Origin: Octopus bimaculoides
Lineage: Eukaryota
NCBI RefSeq assembly: GCF_001194135.2
Contig: NC_069004.1
Span: 32,183,564-32,218,432 of the forward strand
Direction of reading: 5' to 3'
DNA length: 34,869 nt
Below the pieces are notes generated by a model. It did not search any database, was not told where the DNA came from, and was given only the letters and a program-made list of their open reading frames with translations. Below, in pieces: positions 1 through 10,881 of this stretch. The position numbers and the translations under genes were made by a program. The stretch's first letter is position 1. Every line of letters starts with the position of its first letter.

Positions 1-59
1 AAATTTTCAAATTTGGTATATTGATGTAATTTTTCAAGCTGAATCTACTTATCTTATTA

Positions 60-170
60 TTCATTAATGGTCATCATTATCATCGTTTAACGTCCGCCTT
101 CCATGCTAGCATGGGTTGGACGATTTGACTGAGGACTGGTGAAACCAGATGGCTACACCAGGCTCCAATC
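60..170 (-). mobile_element. RTE-type 3' end
   Basis: Reverse complement of about 27920-28010. Confidence 0.75.
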
Positions 171-819
171 TGGGATAAAATAAAGTACCAGTCAAGTACT
201 GGGGATCGATTTCGTCCTCTAAACCAGTGGATCTCAACTAGGGTCCATATAAGATTTTGATGTTAAAATTTATTTGCAATAGTCACAGGCGTAGCTGTGG
301 AGTAAGAGGTTTGCTTTTCATCCACATGGTTCCAGGTTCAGTCCCACTACATGGTGGAACCTTTGAGGAGTGACTTCTACCAGAGCCTTGGGCCAACCTA
401 AACCTTGTGAGTGGATTTGGTAAATTGAAACTGAAAGAAGCTATTCATATTTGTATATATCTAAATATACATATATAGGTGCAGGAGTGGCTGTGTGATA
501 AGAAGCTTGCTTCTCAACCACAGGGTTCCGGGTTCAGTCCCAATGCATGGTATCTTGGGCATGTGTCTTCTACTATATATATATATATATATATATAACT
601 TGGCAGTTTCGCAAAAAAGAAATCGATGGAATAAGTACCCAGCTTAACAAAAATAAATACCAGGGTCAATTCATTTGACTAAAAAAAATTCTTCGAGGCA
701 GCGCTCCAGCATTGCCACAGTCTAATGACTGAAACAAGTAAAAGATAAAAGATAAGCACACACACACATATATATTAACCTTGTTATGATGATGATGGTG
801 ATGATGTTATGCCTGGGTC

Positions 820-1112
820 TCATGGCAATTTGTGGTGCCAGTGATACATAAAAGGCACTCATGCTGGTGACACACAAAAGGCACCTGTGCCAGTGACACA
901 AAAGTGGCACCCATACTGGTGACACATAAAAGGCACCAACTACACTCTTGAAGTAGTTGGCATTACGAAGGGCTTCCAGCTGTGGAAACTAAGCCAAAAT
1001 CAGACTGGAACCTGGTGCAGCCTTCCAGTTTGCCAGTTCCAGTCAAACTGTATAACCCATGCCAGCATGGAAAGCGGACGCTAAATGAAGATGATGATGA
1101 TGGTGATGATGA
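820..1112 (+). mobile_element. RTE-type 3' end with internal gtgccagtgacacataaaaggcac tandem units
   Basis: Same 3' motif and GAT tail; about 25-bp imperfect tandem units at 830-940. Confidence 0.7.
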
Positions 1113-1914
1113 TATCATGCCATGTTCCCACAGTTGCAGGAAAGGCTTAGATGTCATCTCCACTGGATTCCCATTAAAGAGTTAATGAACAACACTTGCA
1201 GAAACGAACAAAATCCTAAAATTAGGCAGCTTTTGTAGTCAAGTGTGTTTATGACTCGTCGTGAGTGGTGTCCTCCATAGCTGTTGTTTACTTTTGGTTT
1301 TAATCAGAAGAAGAAGAAAAAGACAATTTTGTGATGAAAAAAAGATGCGATGAACCCAGCGCTCTGTGTTACAAAACAAGCCACGCCCAGACTCATTGCT
1401 GTTGAAGAAATTATTGATGATTCTTGGAGGATGCAAAGGAGCCTGCAAGGGACTGCCAGCAATGGAGAGCACTGGGGGACCTAGTTGGCTCTATGCATGA
1501 TGACGCCTTCGGGGCCACTAATTTGGAGTGACCCCAGCCACATCAAGCAAGAGTGTGAAGCCAAACCAAGTATTCTTCGGACAAAAAGTTTACACTTATG
1601 GCGGCAATGAGAGTGAGTCAGACAATCAAAGTGGTGAAAGAGATGCTGAAAGTAGTGATTCAGGCGAACAACTACTGTAGTTTAGAGGTGGGCCAATTAT
1701 TGTTATTCTCCTGAAATGTTTTTGTGATTCTGTCCATTAGTTTTCCTGCAATCGTTACTCTTGAGTTGTGTATGCAACTAATTTTGTTGCTAACGAGCCC
1801 AGGTGGAGGGGAAGGTTAGACACAGGGACCCAGGTCTGAGAGGGTTGATGCTTGTTTTTATGTCAAATATTAAAAACCACTTAACATTAGACTGAAGAAT
1901 TACTCAATACTCAT

Positions 1915-2215
1915 GAGGCAGTGAGTTCAATTCCCAGATCAGGCTGTGTGTTATGTTCTTGAGCAAGACACTTTGTTTCATGTTGCTCCAGTTCACTCAT
2001 CCATAGAAATGAGTTCTGATGTCACTGGTGCCAAGCAGTACCAGCCTTTGCCTTTTCCTTGGATAACATCGGTGGTGTGTAGGGGAGAGGCTGGTATGCA
2101 TGGGCGACTGCTGGTCTTCCATAAAACAACCTTGCCTAGACTTGTGCTTTAGAGGGGAACTTTCTAGGTGCAATCCCCTGGTCATTCATGGCTGAAGGGG
2201 GTCTTTACCCTTAAC
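1915..2215 (+). mobile_element. tRNA-derived SINE, family D
   Basis: gagttcaattccc..gtgttatgttcttgagcaagacact..gggggtctttacc; other copies at 18548-18775(+) and 22720-23062(-). Confidence 0.8.
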
Positions 2216-2493
2216 CCTTTTTACTCAGTATTTTTTAGCAAAGTACATGTTCATTAGATTTTTAAAAAAGGATGACAGTGACTTCGAAGTTTGTCAGCTG
2301 CTAGCCTTCTTCAGACTGTATATACATATACATACACACATATTGGGTTGGTGCATAATTATTGCGGCTTTTTTTTCAACAAAAACAATAACAATATTTA
2401 ACGTAAACATCTTTAAATGACAGTCTGACCGTCTGCCAAGCAAATCGGAAGCAGTAATTGAAGTATAATGAACTCTGCTTCAAACACCTGAGG

Positions 2494-2593
2494 ACCAGAT
2501 GGTGGTGTTAAACTGGTCAGGGTATTAGGTCTATCAGCCAAGAACCAGATAGTGGTGCTAAACTGGTCAGCGTGTTAGGCCAACCAGCCAAGG
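2494..2593 (+). repeat. 50-bp tandem duplication (2 copies)
   Basis: accagatggtggtgttaaactggtcag.. at 2494 and accagatagtggtgctaaactggtcag.. at 2544. Confidence 0.85.
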
Positions 2594-3329
2594 AGCAAAA
2601 AGACCCAAAAAGACCAGAGGTGTTTAGTTTCCGGTTAGCCCTGAGCAAACAAACTTATGATCAATGGCCATCCAACCGTAACTATCAAGTACTTTTCGTG
2701 TATATGCATGGTTGCATTATCCCCTGTGACGTTAGAGTGCAGTTTGAGGGAGAGTTGGTTTTTGTTTCTTGCATATCCATCTAGGTTGTGGTGACAGAAG
2801 TGTTAAAACTGGTTCGTGTGAAAGAAATTGTCGATGCAAGTAAAGATAAGTCGCATTCCTTTTCGATAAAACCAAATTGTTGATTCATTTCAATGAACAG
2901 TCAACAGACAATCTTTCGTTAAATTCATTTTTGGCATTTTTCTTCAAATTCATAATACATACATCCTTTGTTGTATCTTGGGAGAGTCGCTATGCCTATA
3001 ATAAAAGACATGCACAGGTTCGATTCCACTTCTTAGTCAACTGATTAAATATTCAATCAATTAACTAATCGATCGATCGTTTGTTTGCTCGTCAAAGTTC
3101 TTCCGTTGCTGTTGCCAACCTTTTCAATGACCTGTGACTCCTTACTCGCTCCAAGACCTAAAACTTGTTCCAACACACGATTTCACATCAGGAATCTTGC
3201 AAGCAAAGACAAAAACGAAACACACACATTTCTTGGTTATATGTACATAGATTTGTTCATTATATCCACATTTGTTTGTTATGCATATACATTCATAATG
3301 TAAACAGACGTTTATGTCAGCGAGCGAGG

Positions 3330-3537
3330 AGACGACACCTGAATAGATCGACAGATGGACACTGAGAGAAAGAAAGAAATATACGTGCAAGTATTGCCAT
3401 AGACAGATATATAGATACACACAGGTACACAGGTGCAGTATAGAGATAGACACAGAAGAACATTCGGGTAGAATGATAGACAGACAGATGTAGGGATGGA
3501 GCGAGACATGTGTAGAGAAAGAAAGATCGATCGATCA

Positions 3538-3573
<36 letters not shown>

Positions 3574-3760
3574 GTACACAGGTAGTTAGGTAGGTGGATG
3601 GACAGATAGTTATAGTAAAGTGCAGGCTGAGAAATAGATAGACAGACTGAGGTGAGGGTAGCGCGATAGACAGATAGATATAAACACAAACAGATGTTTG
3701 GGTAGTGAGATAGACAGATAAATGAACACAGTCGAGGTGGTAGTTGAGAAATAATTAGAC

Positions 3761-3830
<70 letters not shown>

Positions 3831-3975
3831 GTAGGTAGACACAGATAGATAGAGAGAGAGACGTATCGATAGAGAGATAAACATAAACAGACGTGCATGT
3901 AAAGAGATAGACAGACAGACAGATAATAGTGAGGGTAGAGAGAGAGAGAGAGATGGACAGATGGACAGATAGATA
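3330..3975. repeat. (GATA)n/(GACA)n compound microsatellite region
   Basis: Directly visible. Confidence 0.9.
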
Positions 3976-4239
3976 AATCTAGAGATCTAATGAAGGTGGG
4001 AAGTTGTCGCGGGCGGCCAATCAATGGAAATGAGAATGTTTTCTTACCTTCTCGAGAAGAGAGAAAAAAGAAAGAGGATTAATTAAAGTAAATAATATCT
4101 CCAAGGTATGTTTGAGTGAAGTGTTGTTGCTATTGTTACCGATTTACACATCATCCCACACACAGGTACCTTACGACACTGGAGAGCTCCAGACAAAGAG
4201 TGAGAAATTTAGAGGATTCAAGGGGAGATTACTCTACAC

Positions 4240-4296
4240 TACTGCTGCTGCTACTACTACTGTTGTTGTTATTATTACTATTACCACTACTACTGT

Positions 4297-4328
<32 letters not shown>

Positions 4329-4468
4329 TTGTTACTACTACTACTACTACTGTTACTACTACTACTACTACTACCACAACTACTACTACTACTACTACTA
4401 CTGCTACTGCTGCTGCTGCTGCTGCTGCTGTTGTTGTTGTCACTACTACAGATGCTACTACTACCACA
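4240..4468. repeat. (CTA)n/(CTG)n/(TTG)n trinucleotide microsatellite
   Basis: Directly visible; source of the poly-T/L/V ORFs. Confidence 0.95.
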
Positions 4469-4714
4469 GGACGGCGAGAGGGAAATGAGTCCAATATGTT
4501 CGTTGGACCTGCATGAAATAGCAGCTAAATTTTCTCAAAAACTGGGATCCTACGCTTTTACAAGTTTTCAATTCAACTAAAAAAAATATGCAGCGGCCCC
4601 GAAATTATTTCACAGAAACTAAAACTGGAATTTATGGTCTTTTAAGTTCATTAAAATAATGTAATACATTCAAAATCAGAACAAATATTCCATTATAAGT
4701 ATCAATGAAACGGA

Positions 4715-4880
4715 TATTGGCTAGTGGTTGTCACCAAAAGCAGTTGTTGAATATTGGCGCCACAGAAATTCAGACAGGAAGCTTTCAAAGAGAGTCTGTG
4801 ATGTGCCCCATTCAATTCATCAACTTCTTTTTGGCCCTTTTCCCAATCTGGACTTCATTGATTGCGCATGAACTTCCAAG
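4715..4880 (-). pseudogene. Merlin / IS1595(ISXO2)-like transposase C-terminal fossil
   Basis: Minus strand with frameshifts: EVHAQS..KRAKKKL..GTSQTLFESFLSEFLWRQYSTTAFG. This resembles the H-x-Q-x-I-E ... YLxEFxWR signature of that family (recognised from memory). Confidence 0.55.
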
Positions 4881-5140
4881 ATCAAGAACATGAACTAAAT
4901 CGAAGCTGTTTAATCTTCTCGATCTATAACATCAATGTCCAGTATCTTGTCCAGTCGTGGAACAAATTATAATTTAGGGGCGTAAAAAACAAACAACCAA
5001 AAGACCAGTTTCAATTTAGGACCATAAAAACGAGGATACCTGGAATTGGATCTGTGAAGTGAAAAGTATAGGAGTCTATACATGATTACATGGTGTGCTA
5101 GACATAGCAGTAACTTTTCATCCTCAAATTACATTCTACC

Positions 5141-5278
5141 ACTTAGCGGGATTTCGTCTGTCTATACGTTCTGAGTTCAAATTCCGCCGAAGTCGATTTT
5201 GCCTTTCATCGTTTCGGGGTCAAATAACAGTGGAGTACTGGGGGCGATGTAATCAACTTGCCAATCCCTCGAAACGCT
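5141..5278 (+). mobile_element. tRNA-derived SINE, family A (label internal to this window)
   Basis: B-box-like gagttcaaattcc plus the core gccgaggtcgactttgcctttcatcctttcggggtcgataaa shared by more than 15 copies here. Confidence 0.75.
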
Positions 5279-5522
5279 GAAACCATCCCTACCGCCTTAA
5301 AAAAAAAGGATCCTTTCGGTAAATTTTTATATTAACACCCGCACGATTTTCACTAAGAAAAAAAAAAAAGCTCGTATATTTTGCGTGGAATCAAGTACCC
5401 TGACCTCCTAATATACCGCAAATCCCTTTATTTTGGTTCGGAAGAAAGTTGGCGCATCCCGGAATCATTGAAAAAAATTTTTTTTTTTTTTTCATTGAAT
5501 GAATTCCTGTGACTTCCTAGGC

Positions 5523-5551
5523 CAGGGGTTTTCAAACTTTTTGACTTGCAG
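5523..5551 (+). mobile_element. Left end of a hAT (Charlie-like) element running into the gap
   Basis: CAGGGGTTTTCAAACTTTTT terminus preceded by tcctaggc, a Charlie-type NYCTAGRN target site. Confidence 0.5.
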
Positions 5552-6353
5552 NNNNNNNNNNNNNNNNNNNNNNNNNNNNNNNNNNNNNNNNNNNNNNNNN
5601 NNNNNNNNNNNNNNNNNNNNNNNNNNNNNNNNNNNNNNNNNNNNNNNNNNNNNNNNNNNNNNNNNNNNNNNNNNNNNNNNNNNNNNNNNNNNNNNNNNNN
5701 NNNNNNNNNNNNNNNNNNNNNNNNNNNNNNNNNNNNNNNNNNNNNNNNNNNNNNNNNNNNNNNNNNNNNNNNNNNNNNNNNNNNNNNNNNNNNNNNNNNN
5801 NNNNNNNNNNNNNNNNNNNNNNNNNNNNNNNNNNNNNNNNNNNNNNNNNNNNNNNNNNNNNNNNNNNNNNNNNNNNNNNNNNNNNNNNNNNNNNNNNNNN
5901 NNNNNNNNNNNNNNNNNNNNNNNNNNNNNNNNNNNNNNNNNNNNNNNNNNNNNNNNNNNNNNNNNNNNNNNNNNNNNNNNNNNNNNNNNNNNNNNNNNNN
6001 NNNNNNNNNNNNNNNNNNNNNNNNNNNNNNNNNNNNNNNNNNNNNNNNNNNNNNNNNNNNNNNNNNNNNNNNNNNNNNNNNNNNNNNNNNNNNNNNNNNN
6101 NNNNNNNNNNNNNNNNNNNNNNNNNNNNNNNNNNNNNNNNNNNNNNNNNNNNNNNNNNNNNNNNNNNNNNNNNNNNNNNNNNNNNNNNNNNNNNNNNNNN
6201 NNNNNNNNNNNNNNNNNNNNNNNNNNNNNNNNNNNNNNNNNNNNNNNNNNNNNNNNNNNNNNNNNNNNNNNNNNNNNNNNNNNNNNNNNNNNNNNNNNNN
6301 NNNNNNNNNNNNNNNNNNNNNNNNNNNNNNNNNNNNNNNNNNNNNNNNNNNNN
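5552..6353. other. Assembly gap (N)
   Basis: Run of N. Confidence 1.
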
Positions 6354-7055
6354 TTTTTTCTCTTTTTCTTAGTGAAAATCGTGCGGGTGTTAATATAAAA
6401 ATTTACCTAAAATATCCTGTGTGAAATGTATCGAGAATAAAGTGTTTCTGGTTGGAACCCCTAGGTTTCCTGTCCTGAAATCGCCTGGTTGAGAGTTCAT
6501 ACGGGTACAGGGACTCTACCGTACACCTTGTAACTATGTTATGCTACCAACCAGCATGTTACAGTGGGTGCTTAAGAACTCAAAGGTGCATAAAACATCC
6601 CCACAAACACCAAAAACAAGGTGAAGATGACTGTCACTTCACACTAGTCCGCAAGTGTCCGGGTGCGTCCCCTGACGCACACATTCCCTAGCCTCTAATC
6701 ACCGCGAAAGGTTGAAAGAGACTGGAAATTCTTTGAAACGAAGGCCGTGGAGAAGACTTTGGCCAGCATTATGACGTCATAATGACAATTTGGAAGAATT
6801 AGAAATCTTTGAAGTGGACGAACGGGATTTAATTTCACACATATACAATCATATGCGAACATGTACGCACACACACACACATGAATATACATACGCCTAC
6901 GTTCATGCATATGTTATAAGCATATATGTTTTTATATATTACTCACATACATATAAGTATGTATGTATCATAGATAGATAGAGAAAGAGAGAGAGATAAA
7001 GATAGATAGACAGACAGACAGACAGATAGATAGAGAGATAGACAGATAAATAGAG

Positions 7056-7087
<32 letters not shown>

Positions 7088-7088
7088 T

Positions 7089-7133
<45 letters not shown>

Positions 7134-7136
<3 letters not shown>

Positions 7137-7280
7137 TGGCCGGTCAGTGGGGTTACCCTGGGTTTCGCGTCCACTTGCTAGAAAAGCCAAAGGCCAACGG
7201 GTTTAGGGTCTGAGAAAATGCTGCAAAGCTAAGCGCTTTATGAACGTGAAACCCGAGGCAACCCTATAGACGGGTCATAT
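7134..7280. mobile_element. 147-bp MITE
   Basis: About 40-bp imperfect TIRs atatggccggtcagtggggttaccctgggtttcgcgtcca / tgaacgtgaaacccgaggcaaccctatagacgggtcatat; a second copy lies at 32855. Confidence 0.75.
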
Positions 7281-7998
7281 CTATCTTTATCTAATACACT
7301 CTCTATAACTGAGTGTGCTTCTTTTTCGGATTTATGATATACTGACGATATGTATGTGTTTGTCACCCCACCATCGCTTGACGACCGATGCTGGTGTGTT
7401 TACGTCCCCGTAATTTAGCGGTGAGGCGCTAAAGTGTAGTTATATCTTATTTTAGTCTTATCAGTAAACAGGAGACCAACCGAAGATGACTTTCCTTTCA
7501 TTCATTCCCAGAATCAATAAAATTATTTACCAGTCGAATACGGTAATCGATATAACCCATTATGCTTCCCTCACAAACAGGTAGCTCTGTGCCGAGATTT
7601 AGAAAATCAATTATTAATACAAACATAATTGCTGATGGAATGTTTAATGGCTATTTACTTGTTTTCAGTCAATGGACAGCGGTCATGCTGGAGCCTCACC
7701 TTGAAGGGGTTCAGTATTTATTCTAGCAGTTTCTTTTTGCCGAACCGATAAGTTACGGGGACGTAAACGAACCAAAACCAATTGTGAAGCCTGGAACACA
7801 CGCACACATACACAGAGATAGATAGATAGATAGACATGACAGGCTTCATTCAGTTTACCAAATCCACTCACAATGCTTTGGTCGACTCTGGGTAATAGCA
7901 GAAGACACTTGCCCAAGGTGCCGTGCGGTGGGACTGAACCAGGGACTATATGGTTGGGAAGCAAACTTCTTATTTGCGCCTGTTTTAATTCGTTTCAA

Positions 7999-8415
7999 AT
8001 TTGGGCCCAAAGTCGACAGTTTCGAGAGAGTGGAGCAAGTCAATTAGATCAACCCCAGTTGCTCAACTGGTACTTGTTTTATCGACCCCGAAAAGGTTGA
8101 AAGGTAAACTCGACCTCGGTGGAATTTGACCTCAGAACGTACAGACTGAAGAAACGCCGCCAAACATTTTGCGAAGCGTGCTAACGACTCGGCCATCTCG
8201 CCGCCTTCACTTAAACTAATAATTATTTCTTCTCTAGGCTCAAGGACTTGAAAAAATTGTGTGTGTGTGTTGGAGGTGGGGCTGGTCGATTACATCGACC
8301 CCAGTGCGAGGCAAAGTCAACCTCGGCGGAATTTGAACTCAGAACGTAGTGGCAGACGAAATACCGCTAAGCATTTTGCGCAGCGTGCTAATGATTTTGT
8401 CAGCTCTCCGTCCTC
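7999..8415 (-). mobile_element. Two tandem SINE family A copies
   Basis: Reverse-strand cores at about 8110 and 8325. Confidence 0.8.
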
Positions 8416-8728
8416 AGTGATATTAATAATGTCGACTAAAAGATATTCCCGAATATTTGTATTATTTATAAAAGACAAGAAAAAGAAAATTCGTTTTTGT
8501 TTGCTTTTTTAATCGTATTTTGTTCACAGGATTATTGACTGAACGTTTTAGTCCAATCAAGGGCAATCACTGCTTCGCTGCATTAACGACGCTTTGATCT
8601 ACGGTTTCGATTTCTTTTTCAATCGAAAGCTCTGTATCGATTAATAACAACATCTAGGCAACTCAGACGGAACAGTTACCACAGAGCTCTCGATAGTATA
8701 GTAATAAATCTATCCGTTAGTCTTTCAG

Positions 8729-8758
8729 GAGGCCGAGGTTCGTTTCTCCACCAGGGAG
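8729..8758 (+). CDS. Putative 30-nt exon of an unidentified gene
   Basis: Unique sequence with strong splice sites (gtctttcag| ... GAG|gtgaga); open in all three frames; no recognised homology. Confidence 0.3.
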
Positions 8759-8774
8759 GTGAGATACGCTAAAA

Positions 8775-8985
8775 GCAACTCGCTGGCAGAATCGTTAACG
8801 CATTGGACAAAAATGCCCAGCGACATTTTTTCTGGTTCTTTGAGTTCTGAGTTCAAATTCCGCCGAGATCACCTTTGCCTTTCATCCTTTTGGGATCGAT
8901 GAAATAAAACCAGTAATGGGGATGGCTAATCCATGATAAATCAGCCTCCTCAAAATTTCAGGTTTTCTGCCTGTATTAGAAAGGA
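8775..8985 (+). mobile_element. SINE family A
   Basis: Head gctggcagaatcgtta, core and aaatttcagg..agaaaggatt tail. Confidence 0.75.
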
Positions 8986-9132
8986 TTATCATCACCATCG
9001 TTGTCACCGTCATCATTATTATTTAAAAAAGCAACAAATTTATTGATTTTCATACCTATTACAATCAGTAAAAGACATACATATATCCATATATAAACAT
9101 AATTAAGGGATCAGCAACAGTTGCTTCACCAC

Positions 9133-9234
9133 ATACCGAAGTTCAGAAATAGCAGCTAAAGTGTTGAAGCTCCAACTTGTAATGCTATCTGTTGGAGCTT
9201 CAGCACTTTAGCTGCTATTTCTGAACTTCGGTAT
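9133..9234. repeat. Near-perfect inverted repeat: 44-bp arms, 14-nt loop
   Basis: 9133-9176 is the reverse complement of 9191-9234 at 43 of 44 positions. Confidence 0.95.
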
Positions 9235-9673
9235 NNNNNNNNNNNNNNNNNNNNNNNNNNNNNNNNNNNNNNNNNNNNNNNNNNNNNNNNNNNNNNNNNN
9301 NNNNNNNNNNNNNNNNNNNNNNNNNNNNNNNNNNNNNNNNNNNNNNNNNNNNNNNNNNNNNNNNNNNNNNNNNNNNNNNNNNNNNNNNNNNNNNNNNNNN
9401 NNNNNNNNNNNNNNNNNNNNNNNNNNNNNNNNNNNNNNNNNNNNNNNNNNNNNNNNNNNNNNNNNNNNNNNNNNNNNNNNNNNNNNNNNNNNNNNNNNNN
9501 NNNNNNNNNNNNNNNNNNNNNNNNNNNNNNNNNNNNNNNNNNNNNNNNNNNNNNNNNNNNNNNNNNNNNNNNNNNNNNNNNNNNNNNNNNNNNNNNNNNN
9601 NNNNNNNNNNNNNNNNNNNNNNNNNNNNNNNNNNNNNNNNNNNNNNNNNNNNNNNNNNNNNNNNNNNNNNNNN
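9235..9673. other. Assembly gap (N)
   Basis: Run of N. Confidence 1.
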
Positions 9674-9819
9674 ATATATATATATATATATCCATATATA
9701 TATATATATATATATACGTACATATGTACGTAGTCAATCGTACGTAAGTACGTACAGACAGACAGGCAGAAAAATGAGTTTTCACAGTTTCGATACCAAC
9801 CCGGTCCTGGCACTTCCAC

Positions 9820-10195
9820 TTCTTCCTTTTCCCCTTCTCCTCCTCTTCCACCGCCTTCTCATCCATTTCTTCAGCTTATTCTTCCTCCCTCCTCTTCTAC
9901 ATCCTTTTCTTTCTCATCCACTTCTTTGCCTTCCCTTTCTTGTTTTTGTTCTTCTTCCTCCTCCTACTCCTCATCTACATGTCCTCCTCCACCTCCTTTT
10001 CCTTCTTCTTATCCACTTCTTCATCACCTTCACTTTCTTGTTCTTTTTCCTCCTCCTCCTTCACTCTTTCAGCTTCCCCTTCTCTTCCTTATCTACATTC
10101 CCTCCTCCTCCACCTCCTTTTCCTTCTTCTCATCCACTTCTTCACCTTCCCTTTCCTCTTCTTCTCCCTCCCCTCTTCTCTTCCTTCTCCTCTTT
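9820..10195. repeat. CT-rich low-complexity tract with internal repeats
   Basis: Almost purely pyrimidine on +; ccttttccttcttct..atccacttcttca recurs. Confidence 0.9.
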
Positions 10196-10199
10196 GAAG

Positions 10200-10368
10200 A
10201 AATCCAGCTGCCGTCACACCTGAAGGAGAACCAGCGTTCAATAAAACAAGGAACCGATTGCCTCTTGAGCCAGTAATCCGATATGATCGTACATTTGGTC
10301 ATCTTGTCTCCAAGCAACAATATTTATATAGTCAAGTAATTTCTTTCTTGAGATACCATCTGATGACA
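10200..10368 (+). CDS. Putative exon of an unidentified gene (NPAAVTPEGEPAFNKTRNRLPLEPVIRYDRTFGHLVSKQQYLYSQVISFLRYHLMT)
   Basis: Unique, GC-richer island that starts where a long pyrimidine tract ends; open frame; donor ACA|gtgagt. Alternative acceptor 10208 and donor 10336. A minus-strand reading is also open. Confidence 0.45.
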
Positions 10369-10530
10369 GTGAGTTTGGCCAAAAACTTTAAGTAATGAAA
10401 AAGCAGATATAATAAATGTGTTTAATACTCATCCTGTTTTTCTTTGTTTTTTTTTATTGTTTGGAATACAAATTATAAATATAAGTTCCATGTAAGGGAA
10501 CAAATCTATTTCTCTTTCTCTCTTTCACTC

Positions 10531-10700
10531 TCTCTCTCTCTGTAATTAGTATGTCTATCTATTTACCCCTCAATATGTGTGTGTACATATATCAACCAAT
10601 TTCTCTCTCTTTCTCTCCCTCTCTCTCTCTCTGTTAGTATGTCTATCTATTCACCCCTCTATATATATGTGTACGTATATCAACCAATTTCTCTCTCTCC
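10531..10700 (+). repeat. About 88-bp tandem duplication
   Basis: tagtatgtctatctatt(t/c)acccctc...atatcaaccaatttctctctct occurs twice (10547 and 10635). Confidence 0.8.
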
Positions 10701-10719
10701 CTTCCCCCTCTCTCTCTTG

Positions 10720-10758
<39 letters not shown>

Positions 10759-10881
10759 TGTATATATATATACTGAGACCGTGATCTTGCAAACCACAAG
10801 GCTACATGCATACACACCAGAAGACTGCACTGGTTTGTTCATGTAATACACATGGATGAGGACAGCTGCATAAAGAAATGT

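Larger units (their letters stand above)
5307..6418. mobile_element. DNA transposon or foldback element with about 60-bp TIRs spanning an assembly gap
   Basis: aggatcctttcggtaaatttttatattaacacccgcacgattttcactaagaaaa (5307) is the reverse complement of ttttcttagtgaaaatcgtgcgggtgttaatataaaaatttacctaaaatatcct (ending 6418), with few mismatches. Confidence 0.8.

Noticed and set aside
225-285. hAT Charlie-like terminus cagtggatctcaact after ctctaaac
   Set aside because: No matching opposite end found; interrupted by a SINE.
830-940. Regularly spaced 24-27-bp units (also 29380-29510) superficially like a CRISPR array
   Set aside because: Degenerate tandem units without unique spacers, inside an RTE-associated repeat of a eukaryote; no cas genes.
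4030-4200. Strong donor-like motifs (ccaag|gtatgt on +, aag|gtaaga on -) implying micro-exons
   Set aside because: No coherent exon or partner exons could be built.
3312-4580. Long ORFs such as YLSIYLSI, poly-T, poly-L and poly-V
   Set aside because: Translations of GATA and CTA microsatellites; no splice or homology support.
5499-6424. 292-299-aa ORFs (also 9156-9866 and 27484-28004)
   Set aside because: Artefacts of translating N gaps.
6420-6830. Possible pogo/Tigger-like remnant (RRPWRRLWPAL)
   Set aside because: One short motif, many stops and no TIRs; too weak to call.
8530-8660. In-register open frames on both strands (SNQGQSLLRCINDALIYG on +, LSIEKEIETVDQSVVNAAKQ* on -)
   Set aside because: Short, with mediocre splice sites. 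It could belong to the putative upstream gene but is not supportable alone.
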